A stretch of 53,953 nucleotides of DNA from Octopus sinensis (taxonomy: Eukaryota). The DNA lies in NCBI RefSeq assembly GCF_006345805.1, contig NW_021833813.1:1-53953 (forward strand), written 5' to 3'. The notes beneath the pieces were generated by a model. That model saw only the letters and a list, made by a program, of their open reading frames with translations. It was not told the origin of the DNA and did no database searches. Shown here in pieces: positions 38,420 through 48,796 of the stretch. The translations under genes were made by a program, and so were the position numbers. Numbering within the stretch: position 1 is the first letter of the stretch; the number at the start of each line of letters is the position of its first letter.

Positions 38420-38500
38420 TGTATGTATACATATATATATGTATACATATATATATATATATGTATACATATATATATATCATCATCATCATCATCATCG
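38105..38500. repeat. Compound (GAT)7-(TA/TATG)n-(ATC)7 quasi-palindrome
   Basis: 38105-38157 is the exact reverse complement of 38448-38500. Confidence 0.9.
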
Positions 38501-39753
38501 ATGTCATCTACCTTGATTTCAGTAAGGCCTTCGACAGGGTCGATCACAAGATCCTATTGAAAAAACTATCCAACATTGGTGTCTCTGGAAAGTTACTGAA
38601 ATGGATCAAGTGTTTCCTGACAGACAGATCTCAACATGTTGTAGTTGAAGGGGTAAAATGAAGCCCAGCCAAAGTCAGTAGTGGCGTTCCGCAAGGCACT
38701 GTGCTGGGCCCACTTCTTTTCATCATTTACATTAATGACATTAATGACATCATCAAGCACAGCAACATAAAAATCTTTGCAGATGATTCCAAGCTACAGA
38801 AGGTCATAAATGAGGCGAGTGACCGGACATGCCTTCAGTCAGATCTACTGGCTGTTATCCAATGGGCAGAGAAAAACAATATGCTGCTGAACGAGGATAA
38901 ATTTGAGTTAATCCACTTTGGAAAAGAGGATGCCCTGAAACTCCCATACTCCCTTCCTTCAGGTGAAACTCTCGCGGCGTCCAACAACATCAGAGACTTG
39001 GGAGTAATTGTGGACAGCAACATAAGCTGGGCCACTCATATAAACACCAAAGTTGACATGGCCCGCAGAATGTGTTCCTGGATTCTCAGAACTTTCCAGT
39101 CGAGAGATATCCACACCATTATCCTTCTCTTCTCCACTTTTGCCCGACCCACCTTGAATACTGTTGTCCACTGTGGTCTCCCCACACAATACAAGGTATC
39201 ATAAAAGTTGAAGCACCTCAAAGGGCAATCACAAAAAAGATAGATGGCATGACAGGCCTCGACTATTGGGGTCGACTAGAAAAGCTAAAACTCTATTCTC
39301 TCCAACGTCGTCGTGAGCGCTACATCATCTGCATGATGTGGAAAATATTCCATCAGCATTGCCCAAATGATGTTGGCATCACCTTTAAGGTACATCCAAG
39401 GCTTGGGCCCCGTGCCATCCGCCCAAAACAAAAATCGCACTCTCATCTCATAACAACAATACGGCACAATTATTTCACCTCAATTGGCCCCGCTCTCTTT
39501 AACATTACACCAAAACACATTAAAACAGAAACTGACCCTATAGGGTTCAAGAAGTCTTTGGACAGATTCTTCAAGAAATCCCGGATAAACCCCCTACACC
39601 CGGATATGTCTCTGTAAACAATAACTCTCTACTTGAGTGGGCCATCGTGCCCAAATTCTGACTTGAAAGACTTCACCAGGTGGTGCTATTAAGTTAGACA
39701 TGGCCTGGGCCAATAATGGCCGAAACCTATCAAAGTATCAAAGTATCAAAGTA
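38500..39753 (+). mobile_element. 5'-truncated CR1-type LINE with (TATCAAAG)3 tail
   Basis: [58 protein letters not shown]. Three 8-bp tandem units form the tail at 39728-39751. Confidence 0.93.
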
Positions 39754-39768
39754 TATGTATACATATAT

Positions 39769-39823
<55 letters not shown>

Positions 39824-39856
39824 CTTTATTTTAAGCAGCAGAAAATTCAACAAAAT

Positions 39857-39894
39857 CTGTTACTCTGAGTTTCTCGTTGCCGTTCATCAGACAG
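39857..39894 (-). ncRNA. Minimal type I hammerhead ribozyme motif (Penelope-type)
   Basis: Minus strand CUGU-CUGAUGA-ACG GCAA CGA-GAAA-CUC A GAG-UA-ACAG. Full catalytic core, 4-bp stem I, palindromic stem III, GUA cleavage triplet. Stem II has an A.A mismatch at its closing position. Confidence 0.75.
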
Positions 39895-40027
39895 TTTTTG
39901 CTAGAATGGAACTGATATATCAATTCAATCTATACTCTTACAAACGCTACACCTTTAAAAAGAAATGGACTTGTTTGATTGGCCCTTTAGAAAAAACGGT
40001 CAATATTCGAGCGATAAACAAAAAGGT

Positions 40028-40082
<55 letters not shown>

Positions 40083-40931
40083 AAAAACTTATAAAAATTA
40101 TAAAATCCGAGGAAAAAACCTATTGACGTTAATGAAGACAATGCAAATTAATGCATAGAAATTAAACCTGTTATAAATACTGCAATACATATTTATATTA
40201 AAATCTACATATATATATCAACATACACAAAAGGATGCGCGTAAACGCCATACATACATATACAGACGTATGAATATAAATCTAAATATACACATAAAAG
40301 CATGTGTACATATATTCACGCAAACCGTCTCGCACGCAAGCTAAAATTCATCTATGTAGCAATTCTCATATACTGAGCAAGGAGGGGGGGACGAAAGAAA
40401 GGGAGAGAGAGAAAAAGGAACGAAGGAGGGGTGGGGAAAACGAAATAAGAAAAAATTATGTATACAAGCAGTGTAACGGTATTATTGCATATATAGAGAC
40501 CAGTATACATACACAAGTTTGAATGGATACATATACACACAGTCGTGTATATGTGTGCTTAAGCACAAACATACTTTCACTTACACATACACAGATACGC
40601 ATGCTTACAAATACATATGCTTTGCTATACACATACTTATATAAACATTCTAATTTGACAACATTGCTTTTTTTAAAAAAACATTGCTTTTAAAAATGGG
40701 TGCATTAATAAAAATATATACGAAAGACATATAAAATAAAATATAACATCCTATTTTGGGTCATTTATAAATAATCAAGGTAATATAAATAATCAAGGTA
40801 ATCCTATGCAATACAATAACATGAAAACAAGTTTGTAGGTTTTTCCTAATATATATGGAGAAACATAAGACTTTGCTATACGGATTAAGATCCGCATAGC
40901 TTGGAAACAAAAACAAAATCCATCGTAGCGC

Positions 40932-43121
40932 TCATCGTTCAAGAGTCAAAATCAAAATCAAAAATACAAAATATATACCATATCCATATGGTATATTTAT
41001 ATTCGACATTTTAAATTTAGCCGCGTGCCTACATAAGTTCATTAGCTCACTTCTTTGATTCAAAGAATTATTGTCTTTGAATAAGATGTACATTTTTTCT
41101 AATAGACAAAGCTTGCACTTGAAATTATTTTGTATGCTCCATGCCTGTATGGTGCCGCCCTGTCCAGAATGCTTCATGTCACGTTGAAAGGTGGGGCTTC
41201 CTTTTCTTTTAGTTCCCAGACATATTTTGCTAGGCTGGTTTTCTTCCTATTCTCTGGGTATTTAAATGAATTTTTATGAGAATAAAATCTTGTTTTAAAT
41301 GAATTTTCTGAAGCCCCTGTGTATGTCTTGTATTCCGATGAGCCTTCCACTTGCACCTTGGCTCTATAAACTACTCCTTTCACTAGACATTTCCCTTCTA
41401 ACGGACAGGAGCTTTCGTTTTTGAAATTACATTTCTTAATGGGCTCGGCACCATGTCTAATCTCAATTAGCTTCCTATTATGTTGGCTAATGTAAGAGGC
41501 GAAATTTCTGCAACAAGAATAGCTAACCTTCAGGGTTCTTCTATTAAATATTCTATAGAATTTATGACCCTGCTTAAAATGCTTAGAGACTAATCTCAAA
41601 AATTCCTTACCTATATTAGTCTTTACGGCCAAATTGAAAGCCGGGTTGAACCACAAAACTTTCCTGGTCCTAGTTCTTCGTGCAGCATTATTATCAGCAT
41701 TAAGCTGGTTGAACTGGATCTTCTCAGAGAATCCACTATTCTTTAATGAGCTATCGTAATAAGGTGCAGCATTATGGAATGCTGCCTCGTCCGAAGAAAT
41801 TGAAGATATTCTTCTACCTACATTGCTGACTAAGTTCCTAAGGATAACTGGTGGATGGTTCGAATCTTTGCTAATATACGATAGCTTTTCATTGGGCTTA
41901 CGGAAAGGTTTAAATCTATCCGATCTTACACTAAAATTTACGTCTAAAAAATCTACACTATTCAGGTTAGCATCTATCGTAACCCGTAAGCCCATCCTTT
42001 GAAAGAAAGCTATAAGGTCCTTCCTAAGTCTATCTGATTCATGGCCGTTTAGATTATGCGTGGCTATAAGGCCGTCATCCCTATATAAACCTGCATCTAT
42101 AAATGGGAATTCTATTTTTAGATTATGGAGAATAAAGGCTCCTATGAGCATACATAATTCAGCCCCGTCGTATGCCCCCATCGGTACATCGAAAAGAGAA
42201 TCCTCAGTCTTCTTAATCCAGGTGGAATCCTCGAAAAAAAGAAGCGATTTCCTCGCATGCATAATAATTTCAATTTCCGAGCTATCGATGTTGACATACT
42301 GCTTGGCGAAGTCCAATGCCCTTAGGAGCAACGTCCTAGATATTGACGGGTAAAAGTCAATAATGTCGAATTGTGTGAAACTACAATTATTCTTATAGCT
42401 AATACCTTTAAACCACTCTATGACTGACTTACTATTCTTCCAAATTCTCAAGTGTACTTCACTATCTAACTTAACTAAAATACGGTCCAAAATATTTTTG
42501 CTAATAATTCCTATCAGAGTTTTAGCCGGATTTATCAATCTACATTTGGGGTTTCTACTAAAATTGGCTTTATGGTCTTTCAGAGTAATAAAAGCTGGTC
42601 GTGGTGAAAGATATTCAATCCTATCGCTAATCTTAAGATCGTTAGCTATTCCTCTTGCTTCTAAGTTCACCTCTTTGTATATATTCGTGTTGTCTTTTTT
42701 GTATGTGTCCGTGACACTATTCGAAATTAGGCGCTTATAAACGTCCTTATCAAGTGCATATAAGTTCCTTGTCTTGTCAGAATTAACGAAGATCTTATTC
42801 GAGTCGTTAATCTCCTTAATTTTTCTCTCATATTTTTCTGCAATTGGTTGGTATATTTGCGGAATTTAATTTTCCTAATAAGCTCGAAAAGGTCTTTCTC
42901 GAAGGCTTCTAATTCCGAATCGGTGGCGGGTTTCTGGGAGATTTAAATCCATATTTGTTTCCTTCTATTTTCTGCTTATTATCAAAGAAGAAGGCTTTCC
43001 ATCTCAATCTTCGAATAAACTCTTCCGTTTTCTCTATAAGACCTTTGAGATATTGTTTCCGTGCAGGGATAGGTATATTTTTCTGAGAAAAATCCAGCGG
43101 GTAAAGTTCCATCTTTTTCAT
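40932..43121 (-). mobile_element. Nearly full-length Penelope-like retroelement (RT plus C-terminal GIY-YIG), about three frameshifts and one TGA
   Basis: N-terminal FSQKNIPIP..FIRRLRWKAFFF. RT: FITLKDHK, FDIIDFYPSI, PMGAYDGAE, LYRDDG, FLDV. EN: CPLEGKC..GVVY..YTG..RFYSH. C-terminal KCKLCLLEK..LNQRSE..CRH. Confidence 0.95.
41174..42670 (-). CDS. PLE reverse transcriptase/GIY-YIG endonuclease, main uninterrupted segment (498 aa)
   Basis: ORF track. Ends at a TGA that replaces the Trp expected in VTWSI. Confidence 0.85.
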   Translation of the reverse strand: MNLEARGIANDLKISDRIEYLSPRPAFITLKDHKANFSRNPKCRLINPAKTLIGIISKNILDRILVKLDSEVHLRIWKNSKSVIEWFKGISYKNNCSFTQFDIIDFYPSISRTLLLRALDFAKQYVNIDSSEIEIIMHARKSLLFFEDSTWIKKTEDSLFDVPMGAYDGAELCMLIGAFILHNLKIEFPFIDAGLYRDDGLIATHNLNGHESDRLRKDLIAFFQRMGLRVTIDANLNSVDFLDVNFSVRSDRFKPFRKPNEKLSYISKDSNHPPVILRNLVSNVGRRISSISSDEAAFHNAAPYYDSSLKNSGFSEKIQFNQLNADNNAARRTRTRKVLWFNPAFNLAVKTNIGKEFLRLVSKHFKQGHKFYRIFNRRTLKVSYSCCRNFASYISQHNRKLIEIRHGAEPIKKCNFKNESSCPLEGKCLVKGVVYRAKVQVEGSSEYKTYTGASENSFKTRFYSHKNSFKYPENRKKTSLAKYVWELKEKEAPPFNVT

Positions 43122-43226
43122 CTGTTTGTTCTTCCTACATGTGCAGAGTCGCTCAAACTTTTATAAGGAGCGGGTTACACCGGAGTAAACACATAAATGT
43201 GAAACAAGGTGGAAAAAAAGAGTACT

Positions 43227-43265
<39 letters not shown>

Positions 43266-44557
43266 CGTTGAATAAAAACACTTTTAAATATTTTTTGCTG
43301 TTTTTATTTTCTCTAATAAATCTGAAATCAGTTATTTCGTCTATGATACGAATACGAAATTAACATGACGTTGAAATCGGAATCAAGAGTTTAAACCTTA
43401 AACTCCATGTTTAAGTTAAAGATAATGGAAAGACAATGGACTCGATCGATTGTTTTAAAGCAATTTGTGTTAAATATTTGGTTTCTGGAAAAAAATTTCA
43501 TTGAAAGTTACTTTCTACACTCGATATACGAAGGTAAATGAATTACATTTTGAGATTTTTCGTTTGACTTTGGGAAAAATCACCCCTAGTGATGCTTCGT
43601 AACTTGCATAACTATAGAAAAACATTGATAGAGTGAGTATATATATATATACAAAGAGAGAGAGAGAGAGAAGCAGATTCTAACAGATAAATAACTTGAC
43701 AGCAATAGATGAAGTCAGAAGAAGAATAGACATACCAGCTAGCAAATACGGAACTATAGCGGCTGAAAATTAGTCTCTGACTTTTCGCAAAGCATTGTGG
43801 GATTGTCGTTTCAATTTTAATAGCGGCAAGTTTGTAAAAAATATGTGAATTCAACTTCTGGGCTTTAATTTCTCTTCAACTTGGAAATATTTGTCTTGTT
43901 TTTTCACTGAAAATTGTTTGTAAGTTAGTGCTTTTATGAATACATATTGCTTTAAATAGATTTCGATGAATAACATTTGAGAGAAATGAATATCGACTGC
44001 CGTCAAAAATATCCCAAAGTTAGTTTTGTTTTTATTGATAACACACAGAAAAAGATTTGTCCTGCATCTAAAGAAGTCAACAGAAGAATTTCCAGTCATA
44101 AATTCTCGAAGTTGCTGTTTATCCTCCACCGAAAAAGTAAGAATTTATTAATATTATTGTCAAACCATTTATATTCTTAAGTTTTGTGTCAATTATGATG
44201 TATAGGGATAAATATATTGATTCTTAAACAAGAGACTTCTTTCTACCACCTTCACACACACACACACCTTTAAAAATAAGTCTATTACTTCAAATGTTAA
44301 TGGTTTCTGTTAAGGCTCAGCAATTTTTAAACGAGTTCATGACTAGAATTTGGTTTGTCAACTGTTAAAATAACTTTCAGTTCTTTAGACGTTCACATGA
44401 TTAACAAGGCTAACGTGGGGTGGCTAGAAATAGCAGTCAAATTACTCTCAGATCCATACAAGATCATGCAATTGTTCAGTCTAGGAGCCCAATAACAAAT
44501 CAACTTAGTTGTTTATGAAAGGAATCGATATTTAGAGAGTGAAAACGTGTTTTTCTC

Positions 44558-44644
44558 TCTTTTTTGCTGGAGCACCGACTTTGGTCGAGCAAATCGACCC
44601 CAGGACTTATTCTTTGTAAGCCTAGTACTTATTCTATCGGTCTC
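44558..44644 (+). mobile_element. SINE fragment (octopus-type)
   Basis: GGAGCACCG..TCGACCCCAGGACTTATTCTTTGTAAGCCTAGTACTTATTCTATCGGTC. Same family as 45279-45451 (minus) and the 5' fragments near 27487 and 7460. Confidence 0.75.
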
Positions 44645-44893
44645 AACACACGTGGACATGCCTACAAAGTCAGAAAACAGCACAGCTCCCATGACTTTCG
44701 GAAACATTTTTTCACGCTCAGGGTTGCTGAAGCGTGGAATAAACTGCCTGCATCAGTTGTTGACTGCCATGACACTGCATCCTTTAAGGCCCTCATGCTT
44801 CCCGAAATCCGTCGAAACTACACCTGATTATATATACACTTAGATGAGTTGTAGTGCACCTGAGCACTGTACACAATTATTATTATTATTATT
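44641..44893 (+). mobile_element. 3' fragment of the same L2-type LINE as 31497-32698, with (ATT)n tail
   Basis: NTRGHAYKVRKQHSSHDFRKHFFTLRVAEAWNKLP is essentially identical to ORF 31598-32629. Confidence 0.95.
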
Positions 44894-44913
44894 ATTATTA
44901 TTATTTAAACACA

Positions 44914-44966
<53 letters not shown>

Positions 44967-44992
44967 ATATATATATATATTATATATATATA

Positions 44993-45136
44993 TATAAACG
45001 ACGGGCTTCTTCAGTTTCCGTCTACCAAATCCACTCACAAGACTATAGTAGAAGATACTTGCCCAAGGTGCCATGCAGTGGGATAGAACCCGGAACCATG
45101 TGGTTCGTAAGCAAGCTACTTACCACACAGCCACTC
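44993..45136 (-). mobile_element. tRNA-derived SINE, internally deleted
   Basis: Reverse complement GAGTGGCTGTGTGGTAAG (A box)...CCGGGTTCTATCCC (B box). A decayed relative lies at ~50285-50430 (+). Confidence 0.8.
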
Positions 45137-45278
45137 ATATATATACACATACACACGACTGGTTTTATTCATTATCCAGGAGGGTGGACTGCTAAAAAAT
45201 GCAGTCAAATCTGGATATGCTAGAAACAGCAGTCAAATCTCTTATATGGAAATCTTCATGTGTGAGTGTGAGTGTGTG

Positions 45279-45451
45279 CTAGTCACCCACCCCCACATTC
45301 GCTTGGAAACCGATGTCGGTGTGTTTATGTCGACGAAGCTGAGCGCCTTGGCAAAAAGTGACCGATGGAATAAGTACTAGGCTTACAAGGAATAAGTCCT
45401 GGGATCGATTTGTTTCGACTAAAGGCGGTGCTCCAGCATAGCCGCAGTCAA
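45279..45451 (-). mobile_element. SINE (same family as 44558-44644)
   Basis: Reverse complement contains GCTGGAGCACCGCC..CCCAGGACTTATTC..GTAAGCCTAGTACTTATTC. Confidence 0.8.
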
Positions 45452-46473
45452 CATGTGGGAAAAAAGTCAAAACTGAAGAAGTTGGGGGGAAAGGCGGGGA
45501 CAAAGTTTCACAATTCCGATTTTTGGCAATTTTCCGAAAACGGGGATTTTTGGCAGACACAAAAAAGGAATTACAAATTAATTTACACCGAGGAAATACG
45601 GAACTATGGCGGCTGAAAATTGGTGTCTGACTTTTCGCAAAGCATTGTGGGATTGTCGTCTGTATGATTTCAATGGCGCGAGATTCAGTTTTTTATTGAA
45701 ATTTTTATTGAATATTGGTCCTGCATAGTGAAAGAAGTAAGAAAGAAATTATTATTAGACTGGAGAATGATACTCCACATCCCCATTAAGGACTTTTTCG
45801 TTTTCAATGTACTCGAGTGTTGTTGTTTCTGTTATTGTTGTGATGTGTGGTTGCATGTTCGAAATGTAATTAGATAAGTTGTCAACAGACATTCTAACTG
45901 ATTTGTCAGTCGAGAAGCATACAATCTCTCTATTTTTTAATTTGTTATGGCCTTCTTAGTTTTGGTGTCAAGATCACGGGTCTTATTTTTTGTTCGTTTT
46001 TGTTTATGCCTTTGGGTGTAATTAGAGAAAGCTGACAGGAGTTTGGATTTAGTAAGGGTAAACTTTGCTGCACTGGAACGAAAACAATTGCAGCATGGAA
46101 GGTGTTTATAAGCCATTTAAGAAACACACAAAAACCGTTAGATTCACTTTAATATTTAAATTTAATTTGTCAAAATATTTTCGTTGTTTTGAGACTGCGA
46201 CTTCTTCACTGACAAAATTCCATGCTGCATCTGAGAAAGTAACAGTTAGTTCATGATATATATGTACGTACGTACGTATGTATGTATATGTGTACATGTA
46301 TGTGCGCATGCCTATACGCATGTATGTATGTACTTATGAGTATTTAGGAGAAATAGACGTGTCTCTGTGTGTATATGTGTATGTACTTGCGAACGTATGT
46401 TTATGTAATATGTGTCAGTTCAATTTGTATACTTGACTGTTACCTTGCCACTCGCTATGCAAGTACATCTCTT

Positions 46474-46508
<35 letters not shown>

Positions 46509-46509
46509 T

Positions 46510-46545
<36 letters not shown>

Positions 46546-46553
46546 ATATATAT

Positions 46554-46984
46554 AAAAGGAAATGAAGAAAATGCTGACAAATAATTGAAGTAATTTAAGT
46601 AATTTAATTAGGTGAAAGTTCTTTTTACCGGTTGCGCATTTGTTATGCTTATCAAAATATAAAAGAGAGATTAGAGTTCCTTTCTTATAGAATTTTTCCT
46701 CTTATCTGACTTTATGTTGGGTTTGCTGTCTCTTATATGTGAAAAAAAGAGGCTCCAGAGTTGTTTTGGATTTGCTTGGTTTCGCGCCTAAAATTTTGAT
46801 TGGTCATTATGAAGGGGTCACGTGAATGTTTGAATGGAAGTTGGTGTTGGGGTAAGAAAAAAGGCTCCAGAGAAGTTAAAATTTGGCTAGTGTCCCGCCT
46901 AAAATTTCTTATTGGCCATAATAAAGAGGTCACGTGAATGTTTAGAATTTTCGAAAATAGTGTTGTTGAAAATTCTTATTGTTC
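46554..46984. repeat. Left arm of ~430-bp inverted repeat
   Basis: Reverse complement of 48231-48662. By eye only two single-base indels. Confidence 0.97.
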
Positions 46985-47423
46985 AGGCTGGTCAGTAGAC
47001 GTCATGTGGATATTTTAAATAGCTTTTTAGCGCGTAGTTAGGGAGTGTATTTTCCGCTTGACTGGATAAGTAAGTTCGTTTAGAACAGGGAGAGCTGTAT
47101 GCATGTATGTGTGTGCGCGCGCGCGCGCGTGTGTGTGTTATATGTATGTTGGGGCGCGCGCGCGTGTATATATGTGTGCGTGTGTGGGTACAATTTTCAA
47201 TATTTATAGTTCTGCTGGCCTTGTGCCTGTATCGGGAAGCAACGTATTTGTGTGAAGTCAATATTTACAGCCATTTCCAAAAAATAGTGTTGGATGTTTT
47301 GCACCCGTATTCAATTATGTGTATGTGTGGAACCATATATTTGTGTGTGTCATGGTGTTAATATCTGGGTAAAGGTGTGTGTAGGGTGTGTGCAGGTGTA
47401 AGTGTGTTTGTTGTGGGTTCGTG

Positions 47424-48230
47424 TTAGGGGCATGTGTTTAGAAGTGGTCTGTATTTATTAATAAGGTGGGATTCCATGGTTATTCGCTGGGTATGAGTGG
47501 CATTGTCTTTAAATTTGTAGAGGGGAAAGATTCTAAAATTGGGATGGAGTTGTGCGGCACAGGTATCAATATGTGCACTAAATGCTATTTTTCTATATTC
47601 CTGTATTTTTATTTGGGATCTGTGGACAGTCATGCGTTGGCGGAGGCTATTTTTTGTTTGGCCTATGTAGTGTTCATTACAGCCCGAGCAAGTTAAGACA
47701 TATACTAGGTTTTCTGATGCGCATGTGAAGTTGTGTTTTACTGTGAAACGTTGTCCTTGTTTAAAAAGGAATCCGGACCTTCTATTAGGTTGATGCATAT
47801 ACCACAGTTGGGTCTATTGCATTTGTTTACTGTGGGTTTAGTTGTTGTGGTTGGCAGTACTTTGGCATTTGTTAGGATGGTTTTCAATGATTTGGGTTGC
47901 CTTTTGCTCTTATGATTTCGTGTGTTAGGAGGATTTGGTTCATTCTATGGTCCTTTTGTAATACAGGAATGTTCTGGAGGATGGTGTCAAAAGCTTCATT
48001 GTTGAGGGGGTTGTGTGTAGAGATGTATGGTAGAGTATGGGGTTTCGATGTAACAGGTTTAGGGCGTCTAAGTTCCTGCGTGCTGAGTTTTAGGGCGCGT
48101 TGGATCCCATTGTCAATTAGTGACGTGGGGTAATCCCTGCTTGTTAATGTGCCCTTGAGTTCTTGTAGACGTAAGAGACGGGTGTTTTTATTGGAGACTA
48201 TAGTGCAAATTCTCTTGGCTAAGTTGTAGG
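47424..48230 (-). mobile_element. 5'-truncated Penelope-like element, thumb and GIY-YIG endonuclease (canonical CCHH type)
   Basis: PYNLAKRICTIV, RDYPTSLI, KCNRPNCGIC, FTCASENLVYVLTC..C..HYIGQT..LRQRMTVH, AFSAHI. Confidence 0.92.
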
Positions 48231-48662
48231 GAACAATAAGAATTTTCAACAACACTATTTTCGAAAATTCTAAACATTCACGTGACCTCTTTATTATGGC
48301 CAATAAGAAATTTTAGGCGGGACACTAGCCAATTTTAACTTCTCTGGAGCCTTTTTTCTTACCCCAACACCAACTTCCATTCAAACATTCACGTGACCCC
48401 TTCATAATGACCAATCAAAATTTTAGGCGCGAAACCAAGCAAATCCAAAACAACTCTGGAGCCTCTTTTTTTCACATATAAGAGACAGCAAACCCAACAT
48501 AAAGTCAGATAAGAGGAAAAATTCTATAAGAAAGGAACTCTAATCTCTCTTTTATATTTTGATAAGCATAACAAATGCGCAACCGGTAAAAAGAACTTTC
48601 ACCTAATTAAATTACTTAAATTACTTCAATTATTTGTCAGCATTTTCTTCATTTCCTTTTTA
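48231..48662. repeat. Right arm of ~430-bp inverted repeat
   Basis: Reverse complement of 46554-46984. Abuts the 5' truncation point of the PLE. Confidence 0.97.
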
Positions 48663-48707
48663 TATATCACCACTCGTGTTCGACATCTCCTTTTTTTAAA
48701 TATATAT

Positions 48708-48796
<89 letters not shown>

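Noticed and set aside
41174-41176. In-frame TGA in the PLE as selenocysteine
   Set aside because: The position corresponds to Trp (VTWSI), not Cys, and the copy has other disabling lesions. Best read as a nonsense mutation.
43330-43375. Second hammerhead near the PLE 5' end (CTATGA...CGAAA)
   Set aside because: The core lacks the G of CUGA, stem II does not form, and it is on the strand opposite to the element.
44049-44136. Candidate 88-bp host exon (ACAG acceptor, AAA|GTAAGA donor, two open frames)
   Set aside because: Weak polypyrimidine tract, no recognisable peptide and no partner exons. It needs RNA-seq. The acceptor-like site at 49785-86 was rejected for the same reason.
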